Assembly (NCBI GenBank): GCA_041576165.1 | Contig: JBFGLM010000051.1 | Coordinates: 1-30,912 of the forward strand | Direction of reading: 5' to 3' | Source of the DNA: Acidimicrobiia bacterium | GTDB lineage: Bacteria > Actinomycetota > Acidimicrobiia > Spongiisociales > Spongiisociaceae | DNA: 30,912 nucleotides | Shown here: piece after piece, positions 25,401 through 30,912 of the stretch | Layout of the letters: every line of letters starts with the position of its first letter | Numbering within the stretch: the stretch's first letter is position 1 | The notes under the pieces: generated by a model | The model's database searches: none | Seen by the model: the letters and a program-made list of their open reading frames with translations, nothing else | What the model was told of the DNA's origin: nothing | Position numbers and translations under genes: made by a program

Positions 25401-25545
25401 GATCGGCGAGCTCGAGACGGCCGTCCGTTTCGCTCGCGACCGGCTGGGCGCAGCTGCGGACGCAGCCTGGACCGAGGGTCGGACGCTGGCAGTGACCGCT
25501 GATCTCGTCCCGCGGGTGAAATCCCTCGTGACGGCAGCTTGGTGA
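22489..25545 (+). CDS. AfsR-like regulator: wHTH-BTAD-STAND ATPase-TPR
   Basis: VWG...P.TARKSVQKYVSRLR, PLRESAW, G.EPS.EL, NLP..TSFVGR, Walker A GAAGSGKT, LVVDNCEHL, LDGIPLALELAA, TPR-like C-terminus. Alternative start GTG22477. Confidence 0.92.
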   Translation: MASRIEIAVFGNTRVRVDGRPQDLGGGRVRALLAALVATGDPGLSTDAIVDAVWGTDSPSTARKSVQKYVSRLRSQLGADVIETTATGYRLIRHRIDIDVDRCQALAREANEALDGGDPAGALTRCEAAARLAEQGEPFADLSDTNWANPVAQQIREAVATAQELHIGALLALGRPTEAIDQAEHLVAVAPLRESAWALLIEALYRANRQADALRAYRRVEVLLARELGIEPSHELRELEERILRHDASLGHRREATNLPVAYTSFVGRERELDEVAQLLQGGRLVTITGAAGSGKTRLAIEVAGIGHNGETCFVDLAQVEEPSQVPTAFASALGITQEPKEDLTSLVASYARGKPLLLVVDNCEHLSGAAAAIVHTLLSRAPALAVLATSRESLGLTGEIVYALSPLEVPPSDLDNAASALAFGSVSLFAARAAAAAPGFSVDDALSDVITVCRRLDGIPLALELAARQLSVLDIGQVRRGLLHQLDRLAAPGEPVARHRTLNAALDWSYRLAEPSMQRFFDATSVFPGSFNAQAAARVWALVGGPDDAGRLLDGLVARSMVVRLQGRDRSRYRLLEPVRAFAADRATEHYPAPALGHAHAVWVLELLSDHEPIIGQGERETLRRLRAEDHHLSAALRWATAHEPELALQITIASTSYIWMVSYRFSWVEELKSAIAAGAEAPPGLRARALAHAGHSLAENFADHETAEVWAAEALEFARLHNESELELTALLALASAHRNAGRLDRSVALHQEGIALAEELGADLWLMRARRWMAFTEMQRGNYSEALEMSAIAQQMGEASGSDWITAKSLWLAAAVLALDGHYEEAERRASRAFELFAGFDDPASPVHVRAVQGDAARLSGDTDRAAVIYEECLRGFRDVGDRRCTASTLRNLGLVKTRLGHREHARSDLVEALELRAGFRDDAGVAECLEGLAHLVSGQGSEQAAVILFAAADRLRSKSGSRPPPPEIGELETAVRFARDRLGAAADAAWTEGRTLAVTADLVPRVKSLVTAAW

Positions 25546-25554
25546 GTCGCCCCG

Positions 25555-26982
25555 TTACAGGATGGCGCCGGGTCGGTACGTGGCTGCATCCGGGTGCCTG
25601 GCCACGAGTTTGCTCACCCGGTCGGTGAACTCCGCAATCTGCTCACCGGCGCGCCCGACAAATGCCGACCGGTCGTGAGCGATCCTGGTCAATGCGGCCT
25701 GGTCGATCATTAGTGAGGCGTCCGCAGCGACTCGCTCAAAGAGGTCAGGCGCCTGTGTGTCGCCGTCGCGGATGGCGGACGCAGCCGCCAGTGCATGTCG
25801 ACTAAGCGCCCGATGCGCCTCCTCTCGGCCCGCTCCTGCCTGGACGGCCGCCATCAAGAGCCGGGTCGTCGCCAAGAACGGCAGGTGGCGTTGCAGTTCA
25901 TGCTCGATCACAGCCGGAAAGGCGCGCAGCTCATCGAGGATGGTGAGGCACGTTTCGGTCAGGCCGTCGATGGTAAGGAACGCGTCCGGTAGCATCACCC
26001 TCCGGACGACCGAGTCGCTGACGTCTCCTTCATTCCATTGATCTCCCACCAGGTGTCCCGCCATCGTCAGGTGGCCGCTCAGGATCGAGAGAAAACCGGT
26101 GATGCGCTCGGAGCTGCGACTGTTCATCTTGTGGGGCATAGCGGACGATCCGACTTGACCTGTCCCGAAACCCTCCGTGACCAGCTCGTGCCCAGCCATC
26201 AGGCGAATGGACTTTGCCAGGTTGGCGGGACCCGCTGCGAGCTGAACGAGCGCTGCGATCAGCTCGAAGTCGAGCGATCGGGGATATACCTGACCAACTG
26301 AGTCGAGGGTTCGGTCGAAGCCGAGCATCGATGCCACACGCCGTTCCAGTTCATCGACTTTCGAGGTATCACCCTCGAAGAGATCGAGGAGATCCTGCTG
26401 GGTACCCACAGGTCCCTTCAAGCCCCGGAGGGGGTAGCTGCCGATCAGCTCATCGAGTCGGTTGAAGGCAACGAGCAGCTCGCTTCCGAAGTTGGCGAAC
26501 CGCTTGCCAAGCGTGGTGGCCTGGGCAGGCACATTGTGCGTGCGGCCGGCAATCACGACCTCGGCGAATTCGGTCGCCCGTCCGGCCATCGCAGCTAGCA
26601 CCGCCACCGTCCGATCGCGCACCAGCTCCAGAGAGCGTCGAACCTGGAGCTGCTCGACGTTCTCGGTCAGATCGCGGGACGTCATGGCCTTGTGAATGTG
26701 CTCGGTACCGGCGAGCGCACAGAATTCTTCGATCCGAGCCTTCACGTCGTGGCGGGTCACCCGTTCCCGAGCGGCGATCGACTCCAGATCAACGTCGCCG
26801 GCAACGGATCGGTAAGCGTCGATCGTTCCCTCGGGCACCGGCACGCCGAGCTCTGTCTGCACTTCGAGGACGGCGAGCCACATCTCTCGCTCGAGAATCA
26901 CCTTCCCTTCCGGGGCCCAGATCGCGACCATTTCCGGACTGGCATAGCGGGCGGCGAGCACATTCGGGATCGGTAGCTTCAC
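25555..26982 (-). CDS. purB: adenylosuccinate lyase
   Basis: IPNVLA.RYAS, RHDVKARIEEF, GRTHNV.AQ.TT.GKR, signature GSSAMPHKMN. Confidence 0.96.
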   Translation of the reverse strand: MKLPIPNVLAARYASPEMVAIWAPEGKVILEREMWLAVLEVQTELGVPVPEGTIDAYRSVAGDVDLESIAARERVTRHDVKARIEEFCALAGTEHIHKAMTSRDLTENVEQLQVRRSLELVRDRTVAVLAAMAGRATEFAEVVIAGRTHNVPAQATTLGKRFANFGSELLVAFNRLDELIGSYPLRGLKGPVGTQQDLLDLFEGDTSKVDELERRVASMLGFDRTLDSVGQVYPRSLDFELIAALVQLAAGPANLAKSIRLMAGHELVTEGFGTGQVGSSAMPHKMNSRSSERITGFLSILSGHLTMAGHLVGDQWNEGDVSDSVVRRVMLPDAFLTIDGLTETCLTILDELRAFPAVIEHELQRHLPFLATTRLLMAAVQAGAGREEAHRALSRHALAAASAIRDGDTQAPDLFERVAADASLMIDQAALTRIAHDRSAFVGRAGEQIAEFTDRVSKLVARHPDAATYRPGAIL

Positions 26983-27057
26983 GCCCCGATTGTCGCAGAA
27001 GGACGCGCCACCGGCGCCGATTGACTGCAGGCGAAACGTAGCGTGTCGTCGGACCGG

Positions 27058-27831
27058 TCAGGCCTCCCGATAGGTCAGCCCCACCATCGCCATCATCCAG
27101 CCGAGAAGCGCCCAGATCGCAACAACCACGATCGCCTGGAGAAAGGACATCGGATCAGCGCTGGTCGCGCCGAAGCCTCCCGACACGTCCGCCACGGTTT
27201 GTCCGATGAGCGAGCTCGACGCCCCCGACAACGCTATCTCGCCGAACGGCCGCCACAAGGCCAGCAGACCCTCGACAAACGAATAAGCGACCACAACGCC
27301 GATGGCGACGCCGGTAGACCGAAGCAACGCGACCGCCCCCAGTCCGAGTGCCACCCAGGTCGTCTGGACCATCGCGGCTTTCAGAGCGACACCAGCCCAA
27401 TCACCGACGCCGAACGATGGGGCACCCTCCGTGTAGGCTGCGGCCAGGATCTCCCAGCCTGCGATCGCCACCAGCGCGGCAGCCCAGGCGGCGCCCGACA
27501 ACACGATCAGCCGTGCCGCCAGGTGCCGGGGCCGCCGTGACTCCCGGGTCAGCGCCGACGCCCACGCCGTCGTTGTCACCTCAGATCCGAGCATCACCAC
27601 CGCCAAGATCAAGGGAAACCAGGTCTGGCCCAGAACAGTCTGGACGCCGACGATAGTGGCGTCGCCCCGCGAGAGATGGGGGAGACCTTCGATGGCGTCC
27701 GGCGCCACTTCGGGAACGATCAGGAGCAGGCCGGCCGAGATTCCTGTCAGCGCCACCAGCACCAGCACTAGCACGCGAAAGACCCAGCGGCGCCGAAGCT
27801 TGATCCACTCAGCCCGCAACATCCCGGTCAC
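27058..27831 (-). CDS. ABC-2 type transporter permease
   Basis: LRAEWIKLR, about six TM segments, GSE...W...LTR..RR. GTGA overlap with the ATPase gene. Confidence 0.85.
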   Translation of the reverse strand: MTGMLRAEWIKLRRRWVFRVLVLVLVALTGISAGLLLIVPEVAPDAIEGLPHLSRGDATIVGVQTVLGQTWFPLILAVVMLGSEVTTTAWASALTRESRRPRHLAARLIVLSGAAWAAALVAIAGWEILAAAYTEGAPSFGVGDWAGVALKAAMVQTTWVALGLGAVALLRSTGVAIGVVVAYSFVEGLLALWRPFGEIALSGASSSLIGQTVADVSGGFGATSADPMSFLQAIVVVAIWALLGWMMAMVGLTYREA

Positions 27832-28721
27832 GTGGCCGTTCCCTCAGTCAGGCTGAGAAACACCTTCTCCAGCGAGTCCGTTTCCGGGATGAGCGCACTC
27901 GGGTAGCGATCGTTCTTGGCCAGCAGCTCGGCCACCAGAGCCCCATCGTCGGAAAAGACCACCAACTCGTCCCCTTGCTGATGGACTTCGAGCCCGCCCG
28001 ATTCGATGATCTCGGTGGCGTCGACTGGATCCTCAATCCGGACACGCAGGCGTGCTCGCCGTCCGACCAGCTCGTGGGTCGGGCCTTGCCTGACCAGCCT
28101 GCCCCGGTCGATGACGACAACGTGATCCGCCAGCTGTTCGACGTCGCGGAGGTCGTGGCTAGAGATGACAACCGTTTTGCCGTGCTCATCGACCAGTGCC
28201 CGCAGCCGCGCTTTGAATGCCACCTGGCCGGCCGGATCGAGCCCATCGAGTGGCTCGTCCAGCACCAGCAGGTCGGGATCACCCAGGAGGGCAGCAGCCA
28301 AACCCAGCCGCTGCCGCATGCCCTTGGAGAATCCCGCCACCTTGCGTCCGGCCTCGCCGGCGAGACCAACATGATGCAGCAGTTCGTCGATTTGGTCCCG
28401 ACCGCGGCCCAAGGTCGCTGCGGCCACCTCGAGGTTGGCCCGCGCCGTCAGGGCCGGATGGTGGCCAGGGTCCTCCACGATGGCCCCGCATCGCTTCACA
28501 ATCCGAGCCGTATCGGGACCCACATTCATCCCGAGGACCTCAATCTCGCCACCATTCGTGCGGGTGACGCCGAGGAGCGCACGGATGCTGGTGGTCTTGC
28601 CGGCGCCGTTGGGTCCGAGGAACCCGGTCAGGCGGCCGTCGGGCATCTCGAACGACAAATGGTCGAGCGCAACGACATCGCCGAACCGTTTGGTCACCTG
28701 GTGGAACCGGATGCCTTGCAC
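27828..28721 (-). CDS. ABC transporter ATP-binding protein (exporter type)
   Basis: GPNGAGKTT, FSKGMRQRL, LVLDEP..GLDP, SSH. Confidence 0.95.
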   Translation of the reverse strand: MQGIRFHQVTKRFGDVVALDHLSFEMPDGRLTGFLGPNGAGKTTSIRALLGVTRTNGGEIEVLGMNVGPDTARIVKRCGAIVEDPGHHPALTARANLEVAAATLGRGRDQIDELLHHVGLAGEAGRKVAGFSKGMRQRLGLAAALLGDPDLLVLDEPLDGLDPAGQVAFKARLRALVDEHGKTVVISSHDLRDVEQLADHVVVIDRGRLVRQGPTHELVGRRARLRVRIEDPVDATEIIESGGLEVHQQGDELVVFSDDGALVAELLAKNDRYPSALIPETDSLEKVFLSLTEGTAT

Positions 28722-28800
28722 AGGTTCAGCTTCACCGCTCGGCTGCCGGTCGGGTAGGGACGGAGGTCCCTCGTGACCGGTTCATGTCTCCCGTGCTGCC

Positions 28801-28816
28801 TCAACCATTCGGTTGA
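28801..28816. promoter_or_regulatory. palindromic response-regulator box
   Basis: TCAACC-attc-GGTTGA between the divergent ABC and two-component genes. CATAAT -10 at 28838. Confidence 0.6.
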
Positions 28817-28868
28817 TGTCGCCCGCGCTGCGATGGCGCATAATCATTCGAGCAGCTGGAGGCAACAT

Positions 28869-30116
28869 ATGACCCGGGAGTCGATCGAGGACGCCGCAGC
28901 GTCGCATGTGGCGGACGACGGCAGTCGAGAAAGGAACATCTTCATCGCACTGTTCTGGGCATCGGCCGTCGTGCCCTTCGCGGTCCATGCCATCGAGCTG
29001 GGGCTGGTGAGCTCGACCTTCGCCGCCGCCCTACTGCTGACGGCGGTCGCGGTCTGGATCCACGTAGTCCACCCCATTCACCGGCCCCCGCCAGACGGAT
29101 TCTCCCGCGGGCGAGCCATCCTGCTCCTGCTGGTGGTGTATGCCGTGTTTGGCGCCCTCCTGGCCATCCAAGAGGTCTACCTCCTGCTGCTATTCGGCGT
29201 CTATTCGATCACCTACGGGTACGCGGGGACGTTCCGCGCCGGTCTCTGGCTGTCTCTGATCCCGACCATGCTGTGGTGTGCGGCCTGGATTGTGCTGGGG
29301 CTTCCGCTGGGAGCACTCTTCACGCCGCTCTTCGTGTGGGTCACATCGAATGTCATCTCCTATTTCACCCACCGGCTCGCTCATCAGAGCGAGGAGCGGC
29401 GCACGTTGATTGCCGAGCTACAACAAACCCGGACTGAGCTGGCCACGGCCGAGCGCCGACGGGGAACCCTGGAGGAGCGGGCCCGGGTGGCGGCCGAAAT
29501 CCACGATACGCTGGCGCAAGGCTTCACCAGCATCGTGCTTCTGGCCAAAGGGACCGCCGCCCGACTTGACAATCTCAGTCCCGGCGCAATCGGGGAGAAC
29601 CTGGGACTCATCGAACACACCGCCCGTGAATCGCTGACCGACGCCCGCCGGCTTGTCGAGGCGTTGCGCCCAGCTGCGCTCCAGAACACGTCGCTCAGCG
29701 ACGCCATCGGCCGGATCGCTCGGCGGCATCAGGAAGAAACGGAGATCGAGGTTCGGCTCGAAGTCGCCGGAAACGTCCGGCCGCTTGGAGGGTCCGAAGA
29801 CGTCTTGTTGTTGCGGGCCACCCAGGAAGCGCTGGCCAATGTCCGCAAACACGCCCGCGCCGGCACTGTTTCGATTCGGCTCGAGTTCGACGAGATCTCG
29901 GCCTCGGTCACTGTCGGGGACGACGGTGTCGGCTTCGACCCAGATGCCGCGCCCCAGCCCGTGGGCGGGGTCGTCGGCGGTCAGGGACTCGAACTGTTGC
30001 GGGACCGGGTGCGAGCCGTGGCAGGCCACCTCGAGGTGCGTTCGGCTCCCGGGTCGGGCACGCGCATCACGGTACGGGTGCCCACGGCCATCGCGCCCGC
30101 ACCTGAGTCCGTATGA
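28869..30116 (+). CDS. membrane sensor histidine kinase (HisKA_3, NarX/DesK-like)
   Basis: Multi-TM N-terminus, H-box EIHDTLAQG, QEALANV.KHA, DDGVGF, GQGL. GGAGG before ATG28869. Confidence 0.93.
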   Translation: MTRESIEDAAASHVADDGSRERNIFIALFWASAVVPFAVHAIELGLVSSTFAAALLLTAVAVWIHVVHPIHRPPPDGFSRGRAILLLLVVYAVFGALLAIQEVYLLLLFGVYSITYGYAGTFRAGLWLSLIPTMLWCAAWIVLGLPLGALFTPLFVWVTSNVISYFTHRLAHQSEERRTLIAELQQTRTELATAERRRGTLEERARVAAEIHDTLAQGFTSIVLLAKGTAARLDNLSPGAIGENLGLIEHTARESLTDARRLVEALRPAALQNTSLSDAIGRIARRHQEETEIEVRLEVAGNVRPLGGSEDVLLLRATQEALANVRKHARAGTVSIRLEFDEISASVTVGDDGVGFDPDAAPQPVGGVVGGQGLELLRDRVRAVAGHLEVRSAPGSGTRITVRVPTAIAPAPESV

Positions 30117-30739
30117 CGGTGCGGGTGGCCGTGGCCGACGACCACCCCGTCGTGCGAGCCGGTCTCGCCACCGTGTTGAGCATCGACGCTGAGATCGAGG
30201 TCGTAGGTGAGGCCGCCGACGGTGGGACAGCCGTTGATCTCGGAGTTGCGCTCACTCCGGACGTCGTGCTGATGGACCTGCAAATGCCGGTGCTGGACGG
30301 GGTTGAAGCCACCCGCCGGCTGGCAGCAGAGGCCCCCGGTGTGAAGGTGCTGATACTCACCACCTACGACTCCGACCAGTCGATCGTGCGAGCGGTCGAG
30401 GCGGGCGCAGCCGGATATCTGCTGAAGGACGCGCCCACGGAGCATTTGCTCGACGCGATCAAGGAGACCGCCGCCGGGGGCACGGCCCTGTCCCCCGAGG
30501 TTGCCGCCAAGCTGGGTTCCCGGGCCCAGGCACCCCAAGCTTCCGAACTGACGGCCCGTGAGCTCGACGTCCTCGCCTGCGTGGCGCGCGGCGGCACCAA
30601 CGCCTCGATTGCCGGAGAACTGGCGATCTCAGAGGCTACGGTCAAGACCCACCTCGTTCACATATTTCAGAAGCTCTCGGTCGACGACCGCACCGCAGCA
30701 GTGACCCGTGCGCTGGAACTCGGTGTCATCTCGCTGTGA
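30113..30739 (+). CDS. NarL/LuxR family response regulator
   Basis: ADDHPVVR, DVVLMDLQMP, GYLLKD, LTARELDVL, SEATVKTH. ATGA overlap with the kinase gene. Confidence 0.96.
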   Translation: MTVRVAVADDHPVVRAGLATVLSIDAEIEVVGEAADGGTAVDLGVALTPDVVLMDLQMPVLDGVEATRRLAAEAPGVKVLILTTYDSDQSIVRAVEAGAAGYLLKDAPTEHLLDAIKETAAGGTALSPEVAAKLGSRAQAPQASELTARELDVLACVARGGTNASIAGELAISEATVKTHLVHIFQKLSVDDRTAAVTRALELGVISL

Positions 30740-30798
30740 GCCCGGGCACGTCGCGTCCAGCGTGCTGCCGTCTCACCTTTGTTTTCTAGGCTTCGCAC

Positions 30799-30912
30799 AT
30801 GCCGACACCGTTGTGGACCCCGACCGCCGAACAGATCGCTGCCACCCGCCTGGATCGATTCCGCCGAGAGGTCGCCGAGCGCACCGGGCTCGATCTCCCC
30901 GACACCCGGGCG
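30799..30912 (+). CDS. probable acetoacetate-CoA ligase, N-terminus (truncated by window edge)
   Basis: MPTPLWTPTAEQIAATRLDRFRREV...GLDLPD. TAGGCT-6nt-ATG. Only 38 codons are visible. Confidence 0.65.
   Translation, partial: MPTPLWTPTAEQIAATRLDRFRREVAERTGLDLPDTRA

Noticed and set aside
22489-25545. STAND-TPR protein as an anti-phage Avs system
   Set aside because: The N-terminus is wHTH-BTAD (a transcriptional regulator), not a nuclease, TIR or protease effector, and there is no defence-island context.
1-30912. CRISPR array, IS/transposase, integrase, prophage, rRNA/tRNA
   Set aside because: No repeat-spacer periodicity, terminal inverted repeats, recombinase motifs or structural RNA signatures were seen by eye.

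Overview
High-GC actinobacterial chromosomal segment. Gene content is consistent with Acidimicrobiia, which is an inference. It holds about 33 CDS (two truncated by the window edges) and one frameshifted pseudogene. No rRNA, tRNA, CRISPR array or IS element was seen. Housekeeping and metabolic genes: PLP aminotransferase, two thioesterases, sulfotransferase, gamma-carbonic anhydrase family protein, DinB/mycothiol-transferase-like protein, UvrD2-like helicase, acyl-CoA oxidase, purB, ABC exporter with a two-component system, and acetoacetate-CoA ligase. Most interesting: (1) an unannotated ~110-nt three-hairpin RNA with a C-rich anti-Shine-Dalgarno-like loop and a cUACGg tetraloop, starting just downstream of an exact SigR/SigH-type promoter (5361-5503, minus). 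(2) A heliorhodopsin locus with a YbjT-like oxidoreductase and an SFPASDPP microprotein, where heR and the oxidoreductase share an ECF-like promoter motif. (3) A compact module bracketed by two SARP/BTAD regulators: DUF1059 microprotein plus 4-OT-like tautomerase, and sulfurtransferase plus a Cys-containing secreted protein, with 11/22-bp-phased repeats. (4) A minimal arsR-arsI pair. (5) Pervasive leaderless -10/start-codon architecture. All family calls come from motif recognition by eye; no database searches were run.
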